DNA from: Acidimicrobiales bacterium
Lineage (GTDB): Bacteria; Actinomycetota; Acidimicrobiia; Acidimicrobiales; SZUA-35
Assembly: GCA_050633745.1 (NCBI GenBank)
Contig: JBOEHD010000040.1
Span: forward strand, 1,435-65,434
DNA: 64,000 nucleotides
Reading direction: 5' to 3'
The notes under the pieces were generated by a model, which saw only the letters and a program-made list of their open reading frames with translations, ran no database searches and was not told the DNA's origin. The position numbers and the translations under genes were made by a program. Below, piece after piece: positions 27,879 to 36,568 of this stretch. Numbering within the stretch: the first letter of the stretch is position 1; each line of letters begins with the position of its first letter.

Positions 27879-29306
27879 TCAGCCCGGCTGGTGGCCGACG
27901 GCCTGCCAGTGGGCGCCGAACAGATCGCCCTCGGCCGGTTCATCGGGTTCGATGGTCCGGACCAGGTGGGTGATGTTGATGAAGTGTTCGATGTTCAGGT
28001 TTTCGCTGATCGAGTTACCGGCCCAGGTGCCGCAGCCCATGGTTAGGGTGAAGGGCATGGCGTTGTCGAACGAGCCGCCGTTGCCGAAGGTGTGGGCCTG
28101 GTTGACCAGCACCCGCACCACCGGGAGGTCGGCGGCCAACGTCGCGGCGTTCTCGGCGCTTTCGGTGTGGATGCCAACCGAGTGGCCGATGCCCTGCACG
28201 TTGAGCACCCCTTCGACTAGCTCAACCGCATGGTCAAAATCGCGGGCTCGGTACACCGTGAGTACCAGCGATAGCTTCTCGCCGGTCATCGGCCGCTCGG
28301 GGCTTGGCTCCGGCTCCTCGACCATCACGAACTTGTCGGTATCGCTACCGCCGAGCTCGAACGCCGACCGCAGGTTGGGGTAGTCCTTGGCGATCAGGCG
28401 CCGATCGAGTGAGCCATCGGGGAACAGCCTGGTGACTACCCGCTCGGCTTCGTCCTCGGGGGCCAGATAGCCGCCCGCTTCGACCAGAGCGGCAATGGCT
28501 TGGTCGTAGACGTCGTCGAGGATGATCACCGAGTTTTCCGATGAGCACGACGTCGCATTGTCGAACGTTTTTGAGGCGGTGATCTTGACCGCAGCGTCGG
28601 CGAGGTCGGCTGATGAATCGATTACTACCGGCACGTTGCCAGCGCCAACACCGATGGCTGGTGTGCCGCTGGTGTAGGCCCGCCGGACGTTGTTTTGTGA
28701 TCCGGTTGCCACAACAAGATCGGCGGCTGCCATGAGCTCCGAGGTCATCTCCCGCGATACCGGGGCCGGAAGCACCTGCACCAGATCGACCGGAGCGCCG
28801 ACTTTGGCCAGCTCGGCTCGGGCTAGGTCGGCGGCAGCGGAGGTGGTTTTCCACCCGCTCGGCGAGGGGGCGATGACCACCGCGTTGCCACCCTTGATGG
28901 CCATCATTGCCTTGTTGATCGGCGTGGCCGCCGGATTGGTCGATGGCGTTATGGCGGCGACTACTCCGACCGGTTTGGCGTAACGAGTCATGCCGCGAGC
29001 GGGATCATCCTCGATGATGCCAACGGTCTTGGCCCGCAGCAGATCTCGCAGAGTGCCGAAGGTTTTGCGCTGGTTCTTGGTGATCTTGTCAGCGACGTTG
29101 CCAAGCCCGGTGTCGGAGACAGCCAGCTCGGCCAGTGACCGTGCGTTCTCCGGCTTGTAGATCGACCACGCCACCGCAGTGACGGCCGCATCGACAGCGG
29201 CCTGGTCGGCTGAGGCGAACTGAGCCATCGCTGCCCGGGCCCGCTCGATTGCCAGGGCCACCGGACTAGCGTCCACGGCCGTTGCCTGCTCGGTTACTTG
29301 AGTCAT
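27879..29306 (-). CDS. CoA-acylating aldehyde dehydrogenase (EutE/PduP/SucD-Ck/SauS-like)
   Basis: ALDH fold with KPVGVVAAITPSTNPAATP and the catalytic Cys context FDNATSCSSENSVI. Length and motifs resemble the acylating ALDH branch. Confidence 0.85.
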   Translation of the reverse strand: MTQVTEQATAVDASPVALAIERARAAMAQFASADQAAVDAAVTAVAWSIYKPENARSLAELAVSDTGLGNVADKITKNQRKTFGTLRDLLRAKTVGIIEDDPARGMTRYAKPVGVVAAITPSTNPAATPINKAMMAIKGGNAVVIAPSPSGWKTTSAAADLARAELAKVGAPVDLVQVLPAPVSREMTSELMAAADLVVATGSQNNVRRAYTSGTPAIGVGAGNVPVVIDSSADLADAAVKITASKTFDNATSCSSENSVIILDDVYDQAIAALVEAGGYLAPEDEAERVVTRLFPDGSLDRRLIAKDYPNLRSAFELGGSDTDKFVMVEEPEPSPERPMTGEKLSLVLTVYRARDFDHAVELVEGVLNVQGIGHSVGIHTESAENAATLAADLPVVRVLVNQAHTFGNGGSFDNAMPFTLTMGCGTWAGNSISENLNIEHFINITHLVRTIEPDEPAEGDLFGAHWQAVGHQPG

Positions 29307-29324
29307 GGAGGGAGCATATTCGAC

Positions 29325-30944
29325 CTAGATCCCTACGGCACAGCCATCCGCTCTTGGTTCCGATCCGGCGGCGTAGACCCCGTCATCGGCCCGCATGATG
29401 ATCTGACCCCGTCCAAAATCTAGTCGGCTACGTTCGACGGTGACCTCGTGGCCTCGCTCGATCAATCCATCGATCACGTGCTGGGGTGTTTGTCGTTCCA
29501 CCCGCACTCGGCCGTCTCGCTCGACCTGCCACCGTGGGGCATCGAGCGCTGCCTGAGGGTTCAACCTGTGGTCGACTAGGCCACTGATGACCTGCAGATG
29601 GCCCTGTGGCTGCATCTCCCCGCCCATAACGCCAAACGGACCGACCGGCTTTCCTCCAGAGGTAAGGAAACCGGGGATGATGGTATGCCGGGGCCGCTTT
29701 CCAGGCGCAGCCACGTTTGGGTGATCAGCATCGAGCCCAAAACCAGCGCCGCGATTCTGCATCGAAATACCGTGGGACGGCACGACGACGCCGCTACCAA
29801 ATCCCATGTAGTTCGATTGGATGAAGCTGACCATCATGCCATCGGAGTCTGCGGTGCACAGATAAACCGTGCCACCGATCGACGGTTCACCCATCGGCGC
29901 TGCCCCGGCCCGGTCGCCGATCAAGCTCGCACGGGATTTGAGATAGGCCGGGTCGATCATGCCTGCGACCGGAACCGCGGCGTGCTGCTGATCTGCGACA
30001 TAGCCATCGCTGTCGGCGAAGGCCAGCTTCATGGCCTCAATGTGGAGGTGCCAGCTGGCGGCATCGATCTGGGGGTGACCGGAGGCGCCGGTGTTAGCGG
30101 CGATGCCCAGGGCCATCAGGGCGGCGATGCCCTGACCGTTCGGTGGGATCTCCCATACTTCGTGGCCGCCATATTCGACGCCGATCGGGTCGACCCATTC
30201 TGCGTGATGGGTTGCCAGATCGGCCGCGGTCATGCGGCCACCGGTGGCTGCGGCGTAGTCGACGATGGCGGCTGCGATCTCGCCCTCGTAGAAGTCCCGC
30301 AGGCCGTTTTCGGCCAGGCAGCGCAGCCCTCGGGCGTGGCCTGGACTGGCCCAACGTTCACCTGCTCGGGGCGCTCTGCCTTCGGGGGCGAATACCGTCG
30401 ACCAGTCCTCCAACTCAGGCAGCCCTTGATTTGGGAAGAACTCAAACGCTGGATCCCATTGTCGAGCCACGACGGGCGAGACCGGGAAACCGTTCTCGGC
30501 GTAGCGAATGGCCGGGGCCAGGATGCGCTCGATCGGCAGACGACCAAACCGATCGTGCAGCACCGACCAGCTGTCGACCGCGCCCGGCACCGTCACCGGG
30601 GTCCAGCCCCGCTTGGGCATCGAACGATGCCCGGCAGCCCGCAACTCGGCGGCATCGTTGCCTGCTGGCCAACGACCGGAAGCGTTGAGTCCGTGCAAAG
30701 AGTCTTCGGCCCAGACTAGGGCGAAGGCATCGCTGCCGATTCCGTTTGAGCAGGGCTCGACGACGGTCAACGCTGCCGCTGTCGCTATGGCTGCGTCGAT
30801 GGCGTTGCCGCCCTCGGCGAGGATGCCAAGCCCGGCTTGAGCGGCCAGCGGTTGGCTGGTTGCGACCATACCTTCGGTAGCCAAGACCGCTGAGCGGCTC
30901 GAGGTGTGGGGGTAGCTGCGGAGCGACATCGGGTCATGGTTCAT
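29325..30944 (-). CDS. ggt: Gamma-glutamyltransferase family protein
   Basis: MVATSQPLAAQAGLGILAEGGNAIDAAIA is present, and the autoprocessing/nucleophile site is GGTVYLCTADSDGMMVSFIQSNY. The GVMGG motif lies near the C-terminus. Confidence 0.9.
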   Translation of the reverse strand: MNHDPMSLRSYPHTSSRSAVLATEGMVATSQPLAAQAGLGILAEGGNAIDAAIATAAALTVVEPCSNGIGSDAFALVWAEDSLHGLNASGRWPAGNDAAELRAAGHRSMPKRGWTPVTVPGAVDSWSVLHDRFGRLPIERILAPAIRYAENGFPVSPVVARQWDPAFEFFPNQGLPELEDWSTVFAPEGRAPRAGERWASPGHARGLRCLAENGLRDFYEGEIAAAIVDYAAATGGRMTAADLATHHAEWVDPIGVEYGGHEVWEIPPNGQGIAALMALGIAANTGASGHPQIDAASWHLHIEAMKLAFADSDGYVADQQHAAVPVAGMIDPAYLKSRASLIGDRAGAAPMGEPSIGGTVYLCTADSDGMMVSFIQSNYMGFGSGVVVPSHGISMQNRGAGFGLDADHPNVAAPGKRPRHTIIPGFLTSGGKPVGPFGVMGGEMQPQGHLQVISGLVDHRLNPQAALDAPRWQVERDGRVRVERQTPQHVIDGLIERGHEVTVERSRLDFGRGQIIMRADDGVYAAGSEPRADGCAVGI

Positions 30945-31016
30945 TGCTGGTCTCCAGCGATCATGGGATGGCCCAACGGGGCTCGTCGGGATCGGCCGAG
31001 GCCCTTTTGGGTGGAT

Positions 31017-31856
31017 TTAGTGGGCGTGCTCGGCGAAACCGAGCTCGTTGACCCCAAGCAACACGATGGCGAACGCAGCGGCGCCGGTCAAGACGGTCAG
31101 GACTGCTCGCCGACCAACCTCGGGGTTGTGGATCGCAGGCAACGTGTCGACGGTGGCGACATAGACGAAGGTTCCGGCCGAGAACAGCAGCGCAAGCGCC
31201 GTTATAGATTGCTGGGCCTCGCCGAGCACAAGGTACGAGACGACGATCATGATCGGTGTTGCGACGGAGAACATCAGTATCGCCAGTACGGGCCGAAGCT
31301 TGTTTTCTGTCTCATGAAGGGCGAACAGGCCGAGGCTGAACGCTGCGGGCACCCGATGGAGTACCACTGCGAACGCCACCAATAGTGAGAAAGCTAGTTC
31401 TCCGGTCACCGCCGCCGAGCCGATGGCCAAGCCGTCGGCCATGGCATGCACCGTTAGCCCCACGCCCAGAACGGTTATCGATGTTGGGTGATGGACGTGG
31501 GCGTGTCCGTGACCAGCGGCATGGTCGTGGTGTTCTTCGTGGACCGCGTGCCCGACTCCGAGCCCCTCGAGGAGCAGCATGGCCAAAAACCCGACCAACA
31601 GGGTGGCTCCAAGAACGATCGGCGAGAAAGCGAAGACGTCCTCATGCGAATGGTCATGCACCTCGGACTCGGCGGCGATATGAAAGCCTTCGGGAATGAC
31701 GACGAGCAGAGCCGAGGCCAACAGCAGCCCCGAAGCTAGGCCGGTGACATCCTGAAGTTGCTGATCGCTAAGTCGGCGATGGAAGAGCCGAGGAGCGAAC
31801 CCGCCAGCCAATGACAGAAATAGAATTCCTACTGCAACAAGGGTGATCGTCATCAC
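31017..31856 (-). CDS. ZIP family metal cation transporter (ZupT-like) with His-rich loop
   Basis: Polytopic membrane protein with the central loop HAVHEEHHDHAAGHGHAHVHHP and the conserved HxxxDG-like segment (VHAMADGLAIG). Confidence 0.85.
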   Translation of the reverse strand: MMTITLVAVGILFLSLAGGFAPRLFHRRLSDQQLQDVTGLASGLLLASALLVVIPEGFHIAAESEVHDHSHEDVFAFSPIVLGATLLVGFLAMLLLEGLGVGHAVHEEHHDHAAGHGHAHVHHPTSITVLGVGLTVHAMADGLAIGSAAVTGELAFSLLVAFAVVLHRVPAAFSLGLFALHETENKLRPVLAILMFSVATPIMIVVSYLVLGEAQQSITALALLFSAGTFVYVATVDTLPAIHNPEVGRRAVLTVLTGAAAFAIVLLGVNELGFAEHAH

Positions 31857-31902
31857 CTTTGACAGTAGTGAGAACCGCTCTCATTATCAACCTCGTTATC
31901 AA

Positions 31903-32748
31903 TCAGACAAACAGGTTGGATAGGTCCTCGGCAGCCGCTTCGGCGTCCTCGATCATCGAGACCGCCCGGTCTGAGTTGATACCGAACTCTTCGTTTGCCC
32001 GAGTGACTACTTCGTCGAGAATGTCCGGCCGGTCCTCTTCGCGGAATGGAGCCGCCAACTGGACCGCTGGAGGGGCCGACTCATCGTCGGCGTGGTGACC
32101 CTTTATGGCCTCGGCGAGAGCGACCGGTAGATCCCACTCGACGCAGAGCCACTGGGCAACGTCGCTGTGGGCCCATTGGAACGTCTCTACCTCAAGCTGG
32201 TGTAGGTCCTCGCCGCCGTTGTGCCACTCGACCAGCAATGGTGCGTAATCGTCGCGAGCGACGGCCAGCAGAGGGATCGCCATGTCTTGGAGCAGCCCGG
32301 CGGTGAACGAAAGGCTGCTGGTGGCCGGATGCAATTCGTCGGCGAAGGCCCTGGCGATAGTGGCCCTTCGGCTAGCCGCGCGCCAGAAGTTGGCCTGGTC
32401 GTAACCTTCGACCTGGGTCTTGGGGAGTACCGCGTTGACACCTACAGACAGCACTAGCGACTCGACCGCGCCGAACCCTGCCACCGCTACCGCCTGATCG
32501 ACGCTGTTGACCGGGCGGGCTTGGCTGAATCCGGCCGAGTTGACCAACCTGAGGAGCTTGACCGTGAGGCCGGGGTCCATAGCCAACGCCTCGGCAACGT
32601 CTCCGGCCGCCGAGTCGGGGTTTCTCAGGGCCTCGAGGCTTCGAATGACCGGGGTCGGGAACGTTGGCACCTGGGCCTCGCCCAGCACCTCTCGCAGTTC
32701 GTCTGCTGGGTTCGGTTCCTTCTTGGAGTTCCTACGCAACTTGAGCAC
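31903..32748 (-). CDS. HDOD domain-containing signalling protein
   Basis: PTFPTPVIRSLEALRNPDSAAGDVAEALAMDPGLTVKLLRLVNSAGF...VNSVDQAVAVAGFGAVESL matches the HDOD consensus. Confidence 0.8.
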   Translation of the reverse strand: MLKLRRNSKKEPNPADELREVLGEAQVPTFPTPVIRSLEALRNPDSAAGDVAEALAMDPGLTVKLLRLVNSAGFSQARPVNSVDQAVAVAGFGAVESLVLSVGVNAVLPKTQVEGYDQANFWRAASRRATIARAFADELHPATSSLSFTAGLLQDMAIPLLAVARDDYAPLLVEWHNGGEDLHQLEVETFQWAHSDVAQWLCVEWDLPVALAEAIKGHHADDESAPPAVQLAAPFREEDRPDILDEVVTRANEEFGINSDRAVSMIEDAEAAAEDLSNLFV

Positions 32749-32758
32749 TGTGTCCGCC

Positions 32759-33847
32759 TTATCCCGCTCGTCTTGCCATCTTGTCCGACAGAATGCTCAT
32801 CATTCCGCCAAGGCTGAAGTAGCCGAAGATCACTTCCGACATGGCCAGCATCTGGGCTCCGGTCGATCCGGGAAGAACGTCGCCGTAGCCGAGCGTGGTG
32901 AAGGTCACGACGCTGTAGTAGATGGGCGAGATCGGGGTCTCATAGTCTCCCCAATCGATATCGACCTGGGTGTACAACCCGGCGTAGATCATGGCCACAA
33001 GCACGGTCCACAGCGACCAGCGGGAAAGGGATCTGCCACAGTCCGAGGTGATCGACCACAGCTTGTAGAGCCGCTCGTGAGTCGGCGACTGAGTCCGGAA
33101 CTCATGGATGTAGTTCTCGTCCTGGATGTGCCGCCGCACCAGCCACGCGCCGGTGAAGTCCACATTCTGGATGTCGGCGTTGATCCAATCTGCGGAGGTG
33201 TAGCCGGTCACGTTTCGCAACTGGGCGCCACGCATGTCGGCGTCTCGAAACGTCGAGTTGGCCAACGCTGCTCCAGTTAGGTCAACGTCGGCCAGCATCG
33301 CTGAGGCGAAGACCGAATCGGTCAGGTTTGCGCCCAGCATCCGGGCCTGCTCAAGCTTGGCGGCCCGAAAGTCGCTACCGGTGAGGTCGGCTCCGGTAAA
33401 CGTTGTCCCGGTGCATTTTGCCCCGAAGAACAGCGCTCCGACGCCAACGGCCTGGCCAAATCCGGCTCGGTCGAGCACACCGTTTGTAAAGTCTGCGCCA
33501 GAGATCGTCGACCCCAGCAGCTCCACATCGGTGAGGTTTACGTTGTGCAGCAGGGCGTTGGTGAGGTTGGCCCCAACCAGTCTGGCGCCTGCGAAGTTAC
33601 AGCTAAGCAGTTCGGCATTTGAGAAGTCGATGCCGCTGAGGTCCAGCCCTGAAAAATCAACCTCGACGAAGCGAACGCCTGAAAGATCGAGTGGCTGCTC
33701 GGCCGCCGGCAGAATGTCGCCTCGGTCACGTCTGGCACACAACTCTCGTAGTGCCACATGATTCGGATCGTTGTTTCCCTGCGTCGGATGGTGGCCGTGC
33801 GCCGCGGCGCGAGCCAGAGCAGCCGCTTTCGCTGTCGGCAGTTTCAT
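32759..33847 (-). CDS. Pentapeptide-repeat domain fused to a 2TM potassium channel pore
   Basis: About 170 aa of A(D/N)LxG-type pentapeptide repeats (ADLTGSDFRAAKLEQARMLGANLTDSVF...). These are followed by TM-pore-TM with the K+ selectivity filter TTLGYGD. Confidence 0.8.
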   Translation of the reverse strand: MKLPTAKAAALARAAAHGHHPTQGNNDPNHVALRELCARRDRGDILPAAEQPLDLSGVRFVEVDFSGLDLSGIDFSNAELLSCNFAGARLVGANLTNALLHNVNLTDVELLGSTISGADFTNGVLDRAGFGQAVGVGALFFGAKCTGTTFTGADLTGSDFRAAKLEQARMLGANLTDSVFASAMLADVDLTGAALANSTFRDADMRGAQLRNVTGYTSADWINADIQNVDFTGAWLVRRHIQDENYIHEFRTQSPTHERLYKLWSITSDCGRSLSRWSLWTVLVAMIYAGLYTQVDIDWGDYETPISPIYYSVVTFTTLGYGDVLPGSTGAQMLAMSEVIFGYFSLGGMMSILSDKMARRAG

Positions 33848-33907
33848 AAGTCCGTGATCGGCGCGAATAGCCCCAGGCTGTAGGGGTCTGCTGGCCTTTC
33901 GACAGAC

Positions 33908-35152
33908 TCAGTATGCGTATTGGTTTACTCGGCACTGGGCCTGGGTCAGGCCCTTTCCACGAACGATCGTGGGGTCGAGCCACCGGTCGATGGCTTCGAC
34001 CTCGTAGCCGAACGCCAGATCTTTGTCGGCCGCAGCTTGGTCGCGAGTCATCCAGCGGCCATCGGCGTAGGCCACAGGGAACCCCAGTCCGGGCAGGGTG
34101 TATGCGTAAACCCGGCACAGGTGGTCACCCTCATCGAAGTCGCCGACGTAGGAAACCCACGGCAGTTCGATCCGTAGTTGTTCTCGCAGGGCTGCGGCCA
34201 GTGAGGCGATGTAGTTGCCCCGATCCCAATCTGGAATGGCTCGCTCAACGAACGTGTCGCCGCCTGGCAGTTTCAGCGCTGCCCCACTTGGCGTATCGCC
34301 GGTCTCGGCGGTCAGGTAGAACTCGGGGTCGGCCTCTCCTCGTTCCCGCATAAGTAGCAGGCGAGTTGTGCCGACCGGTTTGTCGCTGTGCACCGCCAGC
34401 AGCTTGCGTCCCTCCGGCGATAGCGCCTCGTGCACATCATCGTCGAACATGAAGTAACCGGTGGCTGGCGGGGCGTCGACCGACGCGTACTTATTGAAAG
34501 CTCCGATGCGATCGTGCGACGAGTTATTGCCTTCGGCCCGATGCCACAGGTGCATGTTCATGATCAGCAGATCGCCACGCTCAAGCTCCGGATCGATGAA
34601 GTCGGACTCGTCCGGCTGAATCGGCGGCGCCACACAAAGCGGACGTTCCGGCCCTTCGGCCACCCGATGCAGGTGGTGCGAGCCCGGAGCGATGAACAGT
34701 CGACCGGCTTCAGACGTGAAGTCGCAGAACGGCACGATGGTGAAAGCCCAGTTCATCGACGAGCCGACCGGACGCCACCGCTTGTAGTCATTGTGCGAAG
34801 GAAGACCATTACCGCCGGGGGTTCGGTTGTAGATCACGAACGCCGTCAGGCGCGGCTCTCCCCCGAGCACATCGGCCACCGTTGGCACGATCCCCGGGTG
34901 TTCGGCCAGGTACGCCAGGTCGGGGTCTTTGAGGCAGTTCATAGCCAACGTGTAGCGACCGGGTTCCGGAAAGTTGCCGGCGTTGGGGTCGAGCGTTGCA
35001 TCCAGCGGCGGGTTGCGGTCGAGCGCCGCTTCGAATCGCTGAATGTCGGTCTCTGGAATACGACCTTTGAGGATCAGGTAGCCGTCGCGCTGATAGTCGG
35101 CCAGCTGCTCCGGGCTAAGGGTTGCCGAGGTCGTATCTGCGAACGCGGTCAT
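33908..35152 (-). CDS. Phytanoyl-CoA dioxygenase (PhyH) family Fe(II)/2-oxoglutarate oxygenase with extra C-terminal domain
   Basis: The N-terminus LSPEQLADYQRDGYLILKG is PhyH-like. An HxD...H arrangement is present (PSHNDY...HLWHRAEGN). About 140 additional C-terminal residues have no recognised family. Confidence 0.75.
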   Translation of the reverse strand: MTAFADTTSATLSPEQLADYQRDGYLILKGRIPETDIQRFEAALDRNPPLDATLDPNAGNFPEPGRYTLAMNCLKDPDLAYLAEHPGIVPTVADVLGGEPRLTAFVIYNRTPGGNGLPSHNDYKRWRPVGSSMNWAFTIVPFCDFTSEAGRLFIAPGSHHLHRVAEGPERPLCVAPPIQPDESDFIDPELERGDLLIMNMHLWHRAEGNNSSHDRIGAFNKYASVDAPPATGYFMFDDDVHEALSPEGRKLLAVHSDKPVGTTRLLLMRERGEADPEFYLTAETGDTPSGAALKLPGGDTFVERAIPDWDRGNYIASLAAALREQLRIELPWVSYVGDFDEGDHLCRVYAYTLPGLGFPVAYADGRWMTRDQAAADKDLAFGYEVEAIDRWLDPTIVRGKGLTQAQCRVNQYAY

Positions 35153-35154
35153 GA

Positions 35155-36339
35155 TTACGCCTTACTGTCCTGGGGGAACAGGTCGTGAAGCTGATAGAGC
35201 TCGACGACGTTGCCACCGAGGATCTTGCCGGTGGCCTCTGGCGACAGCGCCGCAGTCTGCTCGGCCAACATGCCCTGGCTAAAGGGCCAGGTTGAATCGC
35301 TATGGGGGAAGTCGTTAGCCCACATCAGCTGTTCGGCATCGAGCAGGCCAGCCTCAGCCATTCGGAACGCCGACCAGTCATCTTGGAAGGTGACCTTGAC
35401 GTTGCTCTTGAAGTAGTCGCTTGGAATACGTTCCAGGTCGACACCCTTTAGCCAGTTGCGGTGGCGGTTGTAGGCATGGTCCATGCGGTAGCTGTAATGG
35501 GGTACCCAACCGGCGTCCGCCTCGACACAGACGATCTTGAGATCCGGTTTGCGGTCGAACACGCCTCCGAAGATGAACGTGCCGATCAGATCCTGATTGC
35601 CCCGGATGATCGACATGAAGCTGTTGAGTTTCGGTCCCCGGGGTCGATACGACTCGCCGGTGAGGATGTGAAACGACAGCACCAGGCCGAGGTCGAGCGA
35701 TGCCTGATAGAAGTCGTCCCATATGGGGTCGTCGTAGTCTGCTCCGCCTTTTTCGTAGGCCGGCCCCGGTGTTCCCGGGAGCATTACGCCCCGAAGACCT
35801 GCGGCCTTAATCGCTTCGAGGTCGGCGATGCCTTCTTCCGGTGTGCGCATCGCGGTTTGGCCGCAGCCGTAGAGTCGGGCCGGAGCCACCGAGCAATAGT
35901 CGGAGATCCAGCGGTTGTACCCGTCGAACATAGCTTTCTTGAGGTCGAGGTCGGGGTGGTTACAGAGCAACATGCCGACCGACGGGTAGATCACTTCGCC
36001 GTCGATTCCGTCGCGCTCTTGGGCTACTACCCGCGCTTCGGCATCCCAACCGGCACGATGCAGACCCTCGAAAGGCACACCCTTCATGAACAGCTCGTCG
36101 GACGGCTTACCCGCCGACGAATGCAGGCCAAGGTGGATCTTGTAGCTCATGCCGGGCACGTGGAAGGTGGCGCCGTCGGGAGCTTCGTCTGTCATGTACG
36201 GCACCTGGTCGCGGAAGGCCGGGTCGACATTATCGATATAGGTCCACCCCGGCTCGGTGATGTGAGAATCGGCCGAGATTATCGGCGAGTCGATTACCCG
36301 TGGGGCGTTCTCGACATGACTATCGGTGGTAAGGGCCAT
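35155..36339 (-). CDS. Amidohydrolase_2 family protein (ACMSD-like metal-dependent hydrolase/decarboxylase)
   Basis: IISADSHITEP (N-terminal HxH-like metal site) and the C-terminal WANDFPHSDSTWP motif are present. Confidence 0.85.
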   Translation of the reverse strand: MALTTDSHVENAPRVIDSPIISADSHITEPGWTYIDNVDPAFRDQVPYMTDEAPDGATFHVPGMSYKIHLGLHSSAGKPSDELFMKGVPFEGLHRAGWDAEARVVAQERDGIDGEVIYPSVGMLLCNHPDLDLKKAMFDGYNRWISDYCSVAPARLYGCGQTAMRTPEEGIADLEAIKAAGLRGVMLPGTPGPAYEKGGADYDDPIWDDFYQASLDLGLVLSFHILTGESYRPRGPKLNSFMSIIRGNQDLIGTFIFGGVFDRKPDLKIVCVEADAGWVPHYSYRMDHAYNRHRNWLKGVDLERIPSDYFKSNVKVTFQDDWSAFRMAEAGLLDAEQLMWANDFPHSDSTWPFSQGMLAEQTAALSPEATGKILGGNVVELYQLHDLFPQDSKA

Positions 36340-36568
36340 CGCATTGCTCCTCGTTCGAGATCTCAGTTTGATTCGGTTTTGGTTCCGCTTTGGTATGCGG
36401 TGCCAACATCACTGCAAAGACATCACTGTGAAAAGAGTACTTGTCCAGCTCGGTTGGAGGTAATTGTCGTCGTTTGGGCCGGTGAGCAGCTTCTGGTGGC
36501 CGGTTACCTCGGCCTGATTGCACTGGCCTGTTTGCGTTGGACAGTTGCCGAGCGCGACCCTTCATGCC

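Noticed and set aside
29598-30719. 373-aa plus-strand ORF inside the ggt gene. Similar cases: 6230..7069 (-), 9693..10463 (-), 12044..12919 (+), 22882..23688 (-), 23610..24356 (-), 35461..36648 (+), 37711..38463 (-), 43970..44611 (-), 44596..45180 (-), 51796..52413 (-)
   Set aside because: Each is antisense to, or out of frame with, an ORF that has recognisable family motifs. The translations are dominated by R, G, A and P and contain no motifs.
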